From Streptococcus sp. (GTDB lineage Bacteria; Bacillota; Bacilli; Lactobacillales; Streptococcaceae), in the NCBI GenBank assembly GCA_046994005.1, contig JBKXCY010000001.1:1-44485 (forward strand): a DNA stretch of 44,485 nt. The letters run 5' to 3'. The notes beneath the pieces were generated by a model, which did not search any database, had not been told where the DNA came from, and saw only the letters and a list, made by a program, of their open reading frames with translations. The translations under genes and the position numbers were made by a program. This document shows positions 10,590 through 21,365 of this stretch, in pieces; positions within the stretch are counted from its first letter, which is position 1; each line of letters starts with the position of its first letter.

Positions 10590-11252
10590 ATGAAAAAATC
10601 AATCTTCCGTTGGAGTGCCGCTGTTCTGGTGGCTGCGTCACTTGGTCTAGCTCTCGGTGGTTGTGGTGCAAAGGATAAAAAGACAGCTACCTCATCCGCA
10701 AAAGCATCTACCAGCAAGGTAGAGAAAAAAGCCAAAAGTAATAGCAAAAAGAGTTCAGCATCTTCCTCTCAGGCAAACGATACAGCTAGCTCTTCGACTC
10801 AAGCAAGTAGCGCGACAGCTGCAAAAGACTCTGGTAAGACCGAGAATGCGTCTACTACGACGCAAGCTCCTGTCCCTGCAGAATTGGTGGGAACTTGGGT
10901 AGGATCTAGTCCACAAGCGGATGCGATTAAAATGACAGTGGATGCCAATGGAGATGTGACAACAGTGGTTAGCTTCAAAAATGATAGCGAACCAACTCGG
11001 ACAGCTACCTATACAGCAAGAGCAGTAAAAGCAACAGGCAATATCTACTATTGGGAGTCAGAAGGATTGGATGGAGCTGATGCCTTGCTTCCTGGGATCA
11101 CAGGCTTAGGTGTCGCTGATTTCCGACTCGAACCTGGTTTTATCTTAGAAGAAGGACACTATACACCTATTGTTTTCACAACGGCCACCAATACACCATT
11201 TGACTACAACAAATACAATGATTTCCGTTTTTCATTAACCAAAGAACAATAA
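10590..11252 (+). CDS. Hypothetical lipoprotein with Ser/Thr/Ala/Lys-rich linker
   Basis: Signal peptide with LGGC lipobox, low-complexity linker, C-terminal beta domain (ELVGTWVG). Confidence 0.8.
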   Translation: MKKSIFRWSAAVLVAASLGLALGGCGAKDKKTATSSAKASTSKVEKKAKSNSKKSSASSSQANDTASSSTQASSATAAKDSGKTENASTTTQAPVPAELVGTWVGSSPQADAIKMTVDANGDVTTVVSFKNDSEPTRTATYTARAVKATGNIYYWESEGLDGADALLPGITGLGVADFRLEPGFILEEGHYTPIVFTTATNTPFDYNKYNDFRFSLTKEQ

Positions 11253-11285
11253 AAAAACGAACTCGATGGAAAATCGAGTTCGTTT

Positions 11286-11544
11286 CAGATTGAAGACAAA
11301 GTCCTCTTAAAAACTTTCCTTAAGTGAGTACGGACGTCAGCGAACTTCGTAGAAGTTCCATGACTAATTATTGAGCCTAAGGTCTCAATAATTCCGAGTG
11401 CCTGAAACTTTTTGTTTCAGGCACTTTTCTCACAGCGGAAAGTTTCGGCATTTTCTTGATTCATTCTAAGAATTGGACCACATTTATATTTCTTTGTAGA
11501 ATTACTTAACTTATTTTACTTTAAAATAGTTTGTCATCATTCTA
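11286..11544. mobile_element. MITE-like non-coding element inserted at a terminator
   Basis: Imperfect terminal IRs AGATTGAAGACAAA / TTTGTCATCATTCT (12/14); flanked on both sides by the same 25-bp hairpin ACGAACTCGATGGAAAATCGAGTTC (11257-11281, 11547-11571). Confidence 0.65.
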
Positions 11545-11576
11545 AGACGAACTCGATGGAAAATCGAGTTCATTTT

Positions 11577-12803
<1,227 letters not shown>

Positions 12804-12834
12804 TTATGGCTGGCTTCGGAAAACGAAGGGATCA

Positions 12835-12865
12835 AAAAAGCAAGCACCTTTCGATACTTGCTTTT
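12835..12865 (-). terminator. Terminator of larABCD
   Basis: AAAAGCAAG...CTTGCTTTT inverted repeat downstream of larD. Confidence 0.6.
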
Positions 12866-12887
12866 GAATGATTTTTCAATCAACTCA

Positions 12888-13601
12888 TTACATGATTCCA
12901 AGGAAGTAACGGATGAAGAAGAAGGCAAGGACAGCACCAACAAATGGAGCAGTACCTGGTACAAGAAGACCATATTGCCAGTCGTTGTTTACTTTATCTT
13001 TGATTGGTAAGATTTGGTAAGCAAAACGAGGTCCAAGGTCACGCGCTTGGTTCATCGCAAAACCTGTAGTACCACCAAGACCCATACCGATAGCCCAAAC
13101 GATCAAACCAACAGTGAATGGAAGCATTGCTTCGTTGGCGTGTTCAGCAGCCATGATAGATGTCAAGAAGATAAATGTTGCGAACGCTTCGACGAAGTAG
13201 TTACGTGGAAGGTTACGGCAGTTAGGGTTTGTAGAGAAGATGTTACGGATAGCAACACCATCAATTTGACCTTCAGAAATCTTGAAGTGGTCAGCATACA
13301 TAAAGTAAGCAATGACAGCTCCAAGGAAGGCACCGATGAATTCAGCGATTGCGATTGGGAAGAATTGAGCGATTGTCAATTTACCAAGAAGGACTTTTAA
13401 CAAAGCCATAGCAGGGTTCATTGAAACGCCGCCAAAGACAACCAAGCAGACAGTGATACCGAATGCCCATGTAGTGATCGCGAATAAGTGTCCAGTTCCA
13501 GCATATTTTGTTTTCTTCAAAACGTCGTCACAGTGTACGCCAACCCCGAAGATAATCATCAAAGCTGTACTCATAACTTCTGCAAGTAATTGATGTGTCA
13601 T
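12888..13601 (-). CDS. larD: MIP/aquaglyceroporin, lactic acid channel LarD (GlpF1-like)
   Basis: NPA and NQARDLGPR MIP motifs; last gene of the lar operon. Confidence 0.85.
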   Translation of the reverse strand: MTHQLLAEVMSTALMIIFGVGVHCDDVLKKTKYAGTGHLFAITTWAFGITVCLVVFGGVSMNPAMALLKVLLGKLTIAQFFPIAIAEFIGAFLGAVIAYFMYADHFKISEGQIDGVAIRNIFSTNPNCRNLPRNYFVEAFATFIFLTSIMAAEHANEAMLPFTVGLIVWAIGMGLGGTTGFAMNQARDLGPRFAYQILPIKDKVNNDWQYGLLVPGTAPFVGAVLAFFFIRYFLGIM

Positions 13602-13621
13602 GTTAATAAATGTCTCCTAAA

Positions 13622-14983
13622 TTAATAAATGTATTTTTGTAATTGGTGATAAACCTCTTGAATCGACAACTGCATCTCCGTAGCAATACGCTGACAGTCT
13701 TCGTATTCAAGTGTTTTTTTAGTGGTAGATCCGTACTGGTTAATTTTTACCGTAACGGGTCCAAATTCCGTATCGATTTGTTCAAATCGACGTTGCATGA
13801 CCTTTCGGTCGACTTGTTGGTATCGAAAACCAATGGTACTGGTTTCTTTGAACAAGAGGGCTGAAAAATCTTCCAACTGGCTTCCTTGAATCAAGAGAAT
13901 CAACTCAAAGCCAGGGCGATTCTTTTTCATTACGACGCTACGATAGTAGACATCTAAAGCTCCAGCATCCAGGAAACGGTGGATAATATAACCGAGTTGC
14001 TCTGGAGTTTGATCATCGATCGTAGTGGTAATCTCAACGATTTGATCTTCCGTACGATGGACGATAGTGGTGCTGTGAGAGGTGTCGTCTTTCAATAGCG
14101 AACCGCGTAAAGCATTGAATTTTCCAGTCTCTCTTTTTCCAAATCCATAGCCAACACTTTCGATGGAAAGGTGAGAGGGGATTGGTTCAAAGATTGGGGA
14201 CAATGCTTTAAGGAGGGCTAACCCTGTCGGAGTAATCAACTCCGTTTTAACTGTGAAGTCTTGAGTAATCGGAATAGTCGTTCCTTTTCTCAACTGCATC
14301 ACAGCGGGAACCGGAACAGGCATTTCTCCATGGGCAACTGAAATGGTCCCACTTCCCTCAGTGAGAGGAGTAGAGTAAACTGTATCGATACCGAGCGATT
14401 CCACTAGGATGAAAAAGCTAACGATGTCGACGATGGAGTCAATTGCACCAATTTCATGGAAATGTATCTGTTCGACAGGCATGTTATGCACAGCTGCTTC
14501 GGCTTTTGCGATATCAAGAAAGACTTCCAGACTTTTTTGTTTCACAAAAGGACTCAACTGAGAAGCGACAATCAAATCGTGGATATCCGTATAACTGCGA
14601 GCATCCGCATGGGAATGGTCGTGATGATGTTCGTGATCGTGATGGTGTTCATGATCGTGATGATGTTCGTGATCGTGATGGTGTTCATGATCGTGATGAT
14701 GTTCGTGATCATGATGGTGTTCATGATCGTGATGATGTTCATGATCGTGATCAAAATCACCTTCAATCCCCGTATCTTTCTCCCCGTGGTGAAGGTGAAC
14801 ATCGAAATCAGTTCCCCAAATTGCGCTTTTTGCGACACGATGAACGTGGAGGTGGAAACCATCCACTCCCAGTTTCTCGAGTTCTGTATGAAGAAGTTCG
14901 ACATCTGCCCCAAGGTCCACAAGAAGACCATTGAGCATATCGCCACTTATTCCAGAAAAAGGTTCTAAAAATAGACTGGTCAT
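13622..14983 (-). CDS. larC: Nickel-pincer cofactor nickel insertase LarC, single fused ORF
   Basis: GISGDM, FHEIGAIDSIVDI, ELITPTG, MKKNRPG, ETSTIGFR and EYEDC motifs; His-rich insert; ATG overlaps the larB stop. Confidence 0.93.
   Translation of the reverse strand: MTSLFLEPFSGISGDMLNGLLVDLGADVELLHTELEKLGVDGFHLHVHRVAKSAIWGTDFDVHLHHGEKDTGIEGDFDHDHEHHHDHEHHHDHEHHHDHEHHHDHEHHHDHEHHHDHEHHHDHSHADARSYTDIHDLIVASQLSPFVKQKSLEVFLDIAKAEAAVHNMPVEQIHFHEIGAIDSIVDIVSFFILVESLGIDTVYSTPLTEGSGTISVAHGEMPVPVPAVMQLRKGTTIPITQDFTVKTELITPTGLALLKALSPIFEPIPSHLSIESVGYGFGKRETGKFNALRGSLLKDDTSHSTTIVHRTEDQIVEITTTIDDQTPEQLGYIIHRFLDAGALDVYYRSVVMKKNRPGFELILLIQGSQLEDFSALLFKETSTIGFRYQQVDRKVMQRRFEQIDTEFGPVTVKINQYGSTTKKTLEYEDCQRIATEMQLSIQEVYHQLQKYIY
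14615..14749 (-). repeat. 18-bp tandem repeat encoding (HDHEHH)7-HDH within larC
   Basis: Repeated GTGATGATGTTC(G/A)TGATC-type units on the plus strand. Confidence 0.9.
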
Positions 14984-15750
14984 CAGTTTTCCTTTCGATT
15001 GTGGTTGAGTCGATTGATCATACATGCTGAATAAGCTGCACCAAATCCGTTATCAATGTTGACGACTGTTACGCCAGAAGCGCAAGAGGTCAACATACTC
15101 ATCAAGGTTGTTAGTCCTTGAAGGTTGCTTCCGTATCCAATACTGGTCGGAACGGCAATAACGGGGACATCCACAAGGCCTCCTACGACACTGACAAGAG
15201 CTCCTTCCATACCGGCAATCACGATGATCACACTGGCTTTTTGGATCTCTTCTAAGCGATTGAAGAGGCGATGGATACCGGCGACTCCCACATCATAGAT
15301 TCGGCGAACCGAATGGCCAAAGGTTTCTGCAGTGACTGCAGCTTCTTCTGCAACAGGAACATCACTTGTCCCTGCTGTGACGACCGCAATGTAGTGTTCA
15401 GGATCGGCTTCTTCTTTTTTAGAGTTGAGAACGAAGCAGCGAGCTTCTGGATAATAGTGGCCAGTCGGAAAGCGCTGAGAAAGAGCCTCTCCCTTTTGGA
15501 GAGAGACTCTTGTTGTGAGGATCGGCAATTCCTTTTGTGAAAGAAATTGCAGGATTCCTTCAATTTGCTCAACTGTCTTTCCTTCGCCGTATACGACCTC
15601 AGGGAAGCCGTTGCGACGTTGCCGGTCAGTATCAATTGCTGCATATCCTAGTTCTTTAACTCCATTGATTTGCTCAAGCGCATCCTCGACGGAGAGATGA
15701 CCTGCTTGCAAAGAACGGAGTGTCTGTTCTAGATTGGGTTGAAAATCCAT
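14983..15750 (-). CDS. larB: Nickel-pincer cofactor carboxylase/hydrolase LarB
   Basis: [41 protein letters not shown] and [10 protein letters not shown] motifs. Confidence 0.95.
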   Translation of the reverse strand: MDFQPNLEQTLRSLQAGHLSVEDALEQINGVKELGYAAIDTDRQRRNGFPEVVYGEGKTVEQIEGILQFLSQKELPILTTRVSLQKGEALSQRFPTGHYYPEARCFVLNSKKEEADPEHYIAVVTAGTSDVPVAEEAAVTAETFGHSVRRIYDVGVAGIHRLFNRLEEIQKASVIIVIAGMEGALVSVVGGLVDVPVIAVPTSIGYGSNLQGLTTLMSMLTSCASGVTVVNIDNGFGAAYSACMINRLNHNRKEN

Positions 15751-15758
15751 GTTTGATT

Positions 15759-17033
15759 CTATTCAACAACGACAGAAAGTCCGTCGCGGATAACTGTTAC
15801 TTTAGCATCTTTTCCTTCACGTGCAAAGGCTTTTTCAAGCGCTTCGTCAAATGAAGTTGCAAGTTCCATGTGCATTCCTTTGATCAATTCAGGATCTACA
15901 AGGTCAGATACAAAGATAACATGGTGGTGTACCAAAATACGTGCCAAGATTTGAGAAGTCCATTGGTCTGGGACAGTCTCTAAACGAGGTGTATTGATGG
16001 CTTGTTCCAAGAATTCTTTTGGATCTTCTACGTCAGCAAGGTTGCGATAGAAACCTTCTCCACCGTGACCGTCTGCACATCCAGCTACCATGATGATTGT
16101 TCCGCCTTCTTTGTTAGAAGCTTCGGCTGCAGTCATCCCTTTAACAGCTTGGTAGATGTTTTGGTCAAGTGGGAAACCACCGTTTGTAGAAATTGTGATG
16201 TCGCTTTCGATTTTAGACACATGTGCCAAGTCTGCAACGAAGTCACAACCAACTTTGTGGGCTTCAACCATGTCCCCAGCGAAAGATCCGATGATGTGTT
16301 TTTCGCCGTCCAATACAACGTTGACGATGAAGGCCAAGTTTGCAGTACGAGCAGCATAAAGCATATCTTCGTGGATTGGGTTGTGGTCAAGGTTACCAGT
16401 ACGTGCCTTATCAGAATTGATGAAGTCACCTGAGTGGTTCGCCATGATAGTTTTGTATGATGCGATACCTGGAAGGACTGATTTACGTCCACCTGAGAAT
16501 CCAGCAAAGAAGTGAGATTCGATGAATCCTTCTGCTAGCAACAAGTCAGCTTCAGCAGCGATCTTGTTGATGATACAATCACCACCTGAAGGAAGTTGAC
16601 CGATTTTAACCATGTCGTCGTCGTTTGTTGAAATGTGCATAACGATTTCTTCATTGTCAACGATTTCTTGGCCGTATTTGTTGATCAATTCTTCACGAGT
16701 TGAAGGACGGTGGAAACCAGTAGCAACCAAGATACGCACGCGTGCATCAGGGTTAACTGAGCGAATACGACGCAAAATGATTGGAGTGATGATGTGAGAA
16801 GGAACGGGACGAGTGTGGTCAGAACTGATCAACACGATGTCTTTTTTGCCTTTAGCAAGTTCTTCCAAAGTAGGGCTGCCGATAGGGTTATCCAATGAAC
16901 GTTCAACAGTTTCTTCTTCAGACAGTGGGTTATGGAAGTTTTCCGCTTTTGACTCTAACAAACCAGCAAAGTTTTCATCTGGAATCTTTGCAACAATCGT
17001 CTTTTTGTCGTACGGTAATTTAATTTCTACCAT
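15759..17033 (-). CDS. larA: Nickel-dependent lactate racemase LarA
   Basis: [43 protein letters not shown] and PDQW motifs. Confidence 0.93.
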   Translation of the reverse strand: MVEIKLPYDKKTIVAKIPDENFAGLLESKAENFHNPLSEEETVERSLDNPIGSPTLEELAKGKKDIVLISSDHTRPVPSHIITPIILRRIRSVNPDARVRILVATGFHRPSTREELINKYGQEIVDNEEIVMHISTNDDDMVKIGQLPSGGDCIINKIAAEADLLLAEGFIESHFFAGFSGGRKSVLPGIASYKTIMANHSGDFINSDKARTGNLDHNPIHEDMLYAARTANLAFIVNVVLDGEKHIIGSFAGDMVEAHKVGCDFVADLAHVSKIESDITISTNGGFPLDQNIYQAVKGMTAAEASNKEGGTIIMVAGCADGHGGEGFYRNLADVEDPKEFLEQAINTPRLETVPDQWTSQILARILVHHHVIFVSDLVDPELIKGMHMELATSFDEALEKAFAREGKDAKVTVIRDGLSVVVE

Positions 17034-17068
17034 TATTTGCGATCTCCTTTATTAATACTGATACTTAT

Positions 17069-17108
17069 AGTATAATTCTTTTTAAAAAGAGGTGTGCATC
17101 AATTGATG
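17069..17108 (-). promoter_or_regulatory. Putative larA promoter with LarR (Crp/Fnr) operator palindrome
   Basis: -10 TATACT (17069-17074, minus strand) with no consensus -35; perfect palindrome CATCAATTGATG at 17097-17108. Confidence 0.5.
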
Positions 17109-17193
17109 TCAACAAATGGTAACTATATTGTTTAAGAACAGGTGTATCATTAGTGTGATTTCAAGAAAGAGCAGATGGGGAGGAAAAACCGTC

Positions 17194-17859
17194 GTGAATT
17201 CAGAATTTTTAGTGAAATTTTTGGAAGAGAGGCGAACGCCGATCGTCAAGAAAAAATACCATAGTTACCTCTCCTATCGTGGGATCAAAGAGGATTACAT
17301 CTACATCTTGAAAGAAGGTGTGGTCAAGACCAGCGTCATTATGCGTGATGGGCGTGAGTTTAATTTTTCCTATCTAAAAGCCATTGACATTGTCTCTTTG
17401 ATTCGTGATGAGGTGTCCAACTATACAGACTCACCTTTCAATGTGCGAGTGGAGACAGAAGAAGCAAGTTTTTATCGTATTCCTCGGGTCAAGTTTTGGA
17501 ATTTTGTCAAAGAGCATAAAGAGCTGCAGGACTATGTGAGGGACTATTATCGTAATAAACTGTCTGAAAGTATGGAGTCTCAGCAGTATATGATGATGAA
17601 TGGTAAAAAAGGGGCGGTTTGTTTTCATTTGCAAAAACTAAGCAGTTTGTTTGGTGTGGAGCAAGAAGACGGCTTCTTGATTGATTTCAACATTACCAAT
17701 GAAGATATTGCCGGTTTTTGTGGGATTTCGACGCGAAACAGTGTCAATCGCATTCTCAATGAATTAAAACGAGAAGGTGTTTTGGATATTCGACAGCAAA
17801 AGATCGTGATTTTGGATAATGAACGGATTGAAGAATTTATCGGAAGGGAGCTATTCTAA
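17194..17859 (+). CDS. larR: Crp/Fnr-family regulator LarR
   Basis: cNMP-like N-domain (YILKEGVVK..DGREFN) and HTH TNEDIAGFCGISTRNSVNR; divergent from larA; GGAGG RBS before GTG 17194. Confidence 0.85.
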   Translation: MNSEFLVKFLEERRTPIVKKKYHSYLSYRGIKEDYIYILKEGVVKTSVIMRDGREFNFSYLKAIDIVSLIRDEVSNYTDSPFNVRVETEEASFYRIPRVKFWNFVKEHKELQDYVRDYYRNKLSESMESQQYMMMNGKKGAVCFHLQKLSSLFGVEQEDGFLIDFNITNEDIAGFCGISTRNSVNRILNELKREGVLDIRQQKIVILDNERIEEFIGRELF

Positions 17860-17860
17860 G

Positions 17861-18709
17861 ATGGCAACAGAAGCACAAATCAGAAAAGAAAAAGAAGAAA
17901 AATTACAAGATATTTTACGAAAAATCGGAAAGGTAGCCGTTACCTATTCAGGTGGGATTGACAGCTCTTATCTCTTGAAGGTGGCCTTGGATACCTTGGG
18001 ACCTGACAATGTTATTGCGGCCGTCGTGAACTCTGAGATGTTTTCAAATGAAGAATTCGATCTAGCGCTCGACTTGGCCGATCAGCTAGGAGCACCTGTG
18101 CTTGGACTGGAAATGAGAGAATTGAGTGATCCACGGATTGCTGCCAATACGCCCAATATTTGGTATTACACCAAACAATTGATGTACCAAACTATTAAGG
18201 ATTCAGTTACAGAACTGGGCTTTAAGCAATTGGTAGACGGCAATATTATGGATGATATCGACGATTTTCGCCCTGGTATCAAGGCTCGGGACGAAGCGGG
18301 TGTCCGCAGTGTCTTGCAAGAAGCGGGTCTCTATAAGACAGAAATTCGTCAATTGGCTAAGGAAAGAGGCGTCTCCAATTGGAACAAGGTTCCGTCTTGT
18401 AGTGTAGCCTCACGCTTCCCATACGGGGTAAAAATCACTTTGGAAAATGTCCAACGAGTCTTTGAGGGGGAAGAGTTCCTTGTAGGACTTGGTTTTGAGC
18501 AAGCCCGCGTGCGCGTGCATGGGGACTTGGCCCGTATCGAAGTAGAAGAGGACCATCTTCTTGAAGCGATCCAAATGCATGACAAGATCAATGACTTTAT
18601 GAAGGAAATTGGCTTTACTTATGTAGCCTTGGATTTGGCTGGTTACAAGTATGGTCGGATGAATGACTCTTTGGATGAAAAAACCAAAGAAAAAATTATG
18701 GCGGAATAA
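17861..18709 (+). CDS. larE: ATP-dependent sulfur transferase LarE
   Basis: PP-loop SGGIDS, DDFRPG, PSCSVASRFPYG and RVRVHGDLARIEV motifs. Confidence 0.92.
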   Translation: MATEAQIRKEKEEKLQDILRKIGKVAVTYSGGIDSSYLLKVALDTLGPDNVIAAVVNSEMFSNEEFDLALDLADQLGAPVLGLEMRELSDPRIAANTPNIWYYTKQLMYQTIKDSVTELGFKQLVDGNIMDDIDDFRPGIKARDEAGVRSVLQEAGLYKTEIRQLAKERGVSNWNKVPSCSVASRFPYGVKITLENVQRVFEGEEFLVGLGFEQARVRVHGDLARIEVEEDHLLEAIQMHDKINDFMKEIGFTYVALDLAGYKYGRMNDSLDEKTKEKIMAE

Positions 18710-18712
18710 GGC

Positions 18713-19237
18713 ATGAATGAAGTAGTACGATTTTGGTTTGAAGAGTTGCAGCCAGAGGATTGGTTTAAAAAATCGGATGCCTTGGACCGAGAAATGCGGG
18801 AGCGCTTTGAGGAACTTTATTGGAAAGCCAGTCGTGGGGAATTGTTTCACTGGCGGGCTACGGCAGAAGGTCGTTTAGCAGAGATTTTGCTCTTGGACCA
18901 AATTCCTCGCAATATTTTTCGAGGGACTGCCCAAGCTTTTGCGACAGATTCCCTAGCCTTGGTCTTGGCCCAAGAAGGCCTAACACAAGCTCAAGAATTA
19001 CCAGTTGTACAAAGAGGCTTTTTCTACATGCCCTTTATGCATTCGGAATCTTTAACCATTCATGAAGAAGCTCTGCGCCTATTTGATCAACCGGGCTTAG
19101 AAAAGCGTTTGAAGTATGAGAAGATGCACATGGACATTCTTCAACAATTTGGGCGTTATCCACATCGGAATGCCATCTTAGGACGGCCTTCGACCAAGGA
19201 AGAAGAGGAGTATTTGAAAGAACATTCTGGCTTTTAA
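18713..19237 (+). CDS. DUF924-family protein
   Basis: VVRFWF, LDQIPRNIFRG, FFYMPFMHSE and FGRYPHRNAILGR motifs. Confidence 0.9.
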   Translation: MNEVVRFWFEELQPEDWFKKSDALDREMRERFEELYWKASRGELFHWRATAEGRLAEILLLDQIPRNIFRGTAQAFATDSLALVLAQEGLTQAQELPVVQRGFFYMPFMHSESLTIHEEALRLFDQPGLEKRLKYEKMHMDILQQFGRYPHRNAILGRPSTKEEEEYLKEHSGF

Positions 19238-19399
19238 GGGAAGATGAGGCCCACAGATTTCAAAACTCTTTTCTCTCTTCATGAAATTGCCTGAAACAGC
19301 AGGCATGATGTCAGAGTTCCCTCACCTAGGCTTTTCCAAGCGTCTAAAAAATGGTATAATGAACTGTAAATTTCACAATTTGGAAGGAATGTTATTGCT

Positions 19400-19426
19400 A
19401 TGATGAATATGCAAGACTTGATTTAA
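19400..19426 (+). pseudogene. ebfC: 5' stub of YbaB/EbfC nucleoid-associated protein gene interrupted by island integration (MMNMQ-DLI*)
   Basis: Extended -10 TGGTATAAT (19352-19360), RBS GGAAGGA, then ATGATGAATATGCAA = MMNMQ, the recalled N-terminus of streptococcal EbfC; sequence then switches into the repeated att-like block. Confidence 0.65.
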
Positions 19427-19586
19427 GATTCTTAAAGTCTTGTTATTTATCAAAATACTGGTATTAAGGGATTTCGCATCCTTTTAAATCAATAAATTAT
19501 AGATGTGTTACAGTATATTGGACAGTAAATGGACAGTGACAGAGTGTTTGAAGAAGAGTAAAAGAGGCTTAAATGCCTCTTTTTAT
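19408..19586 (+). repeat. att-like repeat copy 1 (attL-like)
   Basis: TATGCAA core, AAGACT..TTTAAGA-T-TCTTAAAGTCTT palindrome, TTGGACAGTAAATGGACAGTGACAG, AAAAGAGGC/GCCTCTTTT hairpin; homologous to 31718 and 38148. Confidence 0.85.
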
Positions 19587-19772
19587 ATGTTTGTGGACTA
19601 GAAGTAGATAGAATATATAGATAATATGTAACAGTTATGCAAGTTATATATTTTTAAAAAGATATCACTTTGAAAAAATAAATAATTTAGTAGCCTCTAA
19701 AAAGACACTAATATATGGGGAGCTATTTAGTATTTTATATTGAGCTAGGCTTTTATTCGAACTTGCTTGGAA

Positions 19773-20024
19773 TTACTTATTTTCGGTTGATAGTAGCATA
19801 AATGATTTTTCTGTTAATCCAATCAATTTTTTTCTAAAATCAAATTGGTCAAATTTCCGAAGTATCCATCTTTCTTTTTCCATCAATTTTAATAGTTTCG
19901 TGACTGTTGGATTGGATAGATCTAAAAAATGCTCGACATCTCTTTGATTTTTACTAAATTGCGGAAATTGAGCGATATATAAGATAACATTTATGTATAG
20001 AGGTGGGAGATTTTGAAGAACCAA
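19773..20024 (-). pseudogene. MarR-family regulator remnant
   Basis: NQRDVEHFLDLSNPTVTKLLKLMEKERWILR..D.RKKLIGLTEK winged helix; short and without a clear start/RBS. Confidence 0.6.
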
Positions 20025-20505
20025 TCTATATTCGTGAGAATAGCGTTATCTAGTTTGCATTTATATTCTTTGAATTTTAAAAGAACTTTTTTTATACTAA
20101 TTTAGGCTTTGATGCAGCTGGTATTTGTAAGTTAATTGATACTTGAGAAATCAGTTTAACATTTATGTAGTTCATCAAACAATTGAAGATTCAACCCAAT
20201 TGATCAACTTTTAACTAGAAGAAGTAAAAAAACGAGGAGTTGCAATCGTGTATGATAGCTGGTACTTATCCTCTAAGTTTACTTTTGAATCAGCATAAGT
20301 TTTCGCCACTCGTGGTGTTAAATCTTCTGAACTTGAAAGTTTTCGTCTAACTTCTTAATTGTCATTTGCAGTTCTTCACCTTCACGCATTTGCAGGGATT
20401 GATGCCTTCGTTTGTTAAAAAATATAATTAGAGTTGTTAGTTTGAGTATATCTAACGGCTCTTTTTGTTTAATTGGAGAACTGGGGACCATTTTTTAATC
20501 AAAAA

Positions 20506-20522
20506 TTGTTTGTTTCAAACAA
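20506..20522. promoter_or_regulatory. LacR-type operator upstream of lacR
   Basis: TTGTTTG-TTT-CAAACAA palindrome; similar sites at 21999 and 25441. Confidence 0.6.
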
Positions 20523-20596
20523 AAAATGTAGATTTGAAATTTAAAAAAGAGTATAATGTAAAGAGAATGAAAAAACATGTGAAATAGGTAAAAAGA

Positions 20597-21352
20597 ATGA
20601 AAAAACATCAACGCTTGATAGAAATAGAGAAATTAGTGAATAGAAGAGGAGTAATAACAGTCGCTGAAATCGTTGAGATGATGAATGTATCAGATATGAC
20701 GATTAGAAGAGATTTAGCTGTATTAGAAGAACAGGGATTAATTACTAGGATCCATGGTGGAGCACGAAGTATCCAACAACTTAAATATAGAGAAATTCCT
20801 CATGAAGAAAAGCTGTATCAACACATTGAAGAAAAGAGGAAAGTAGCATCCAAAGCAGCAAAATTAATACAGGATGGAGAAACTATTTTCCTTGGACCGG
20901 GGACCTCTGTTGAAATTTTAGCTGAAGAAATTCAGAATGAAGAATTGCGAGTTGTTACGAATTGTTTACCGATTTTCAATGAGCTATATAAAAAAAGTTC
21001 TGATACGTTTAAAGTCATTTTGCTAGGGGGTGAAATGAGAGATCTGACTCAGGCTTTTGTTGGTGAGATAACGAACGCTTTATTAGATCGAATGTATTAC
21101 AATAAAATGTTCTTTAGTGGGAATGGTATCAAAGATGGTCAAGTTATGACTTCTTCGTTTGAGGAGGCTTTTACTCAGAGGCTAGCAATAGAAAAATCAT
21201 CGGAAGCATACCTATTGATGGATTCTTCTAAAATTGGTAAAGAAGATTTCACTTCTATCTGTTCGCTAGAAAATGTAACAGCAGTAATAACGGATATCTC
21301 TTCTGATAATGTACACGACACATTAGAGGTGTACACTCAAGTAATTGTATAA
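20597..21352 (+). CDS. lacR: DeoR-family lactose operon repressor
   Basis: VSDMTIRRDL HTH, RIHGGA, IFLGPGTS and DSSKIGK motifs; upstream of lacA. Confidence 0.9.
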   Translation: MKKHQRLIEIEKLVNRRGVITVAEIVEMMNVSDMTIRRDLAVLEEQGLITRIHGGARSIQQLKYREIPHEEKLYQHIEEKRKVASKAAKLIQDGETIFLGPGTSVEILAEEIQNEELRVVTNCLPIFNELYKKSSDTFKVILLGGEMRDLTQAFVGEITNALLDRMYYNKMFFSGNGIKDGQVMTSSFEEAFTQRLAIEKSSEAYLLMDSSKIGKEDFTSICSLENVTAVITDISSDNVHDTLEVYTQVIV

Positions 21353-21365
21353 AAGAGTAGGTAAA

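Noticed and set aside
14443..14968. Alternative-frame ORFs with DRDDVH / MMFVIV / NIITIM repeats
   Set aside because: Shadow frames of the larC His-repeat VNTR.
20150..20410. Coding-like fragments between the MarR remnant and lacR
   Set aside because: Short and interrupted; no family could be recognised.
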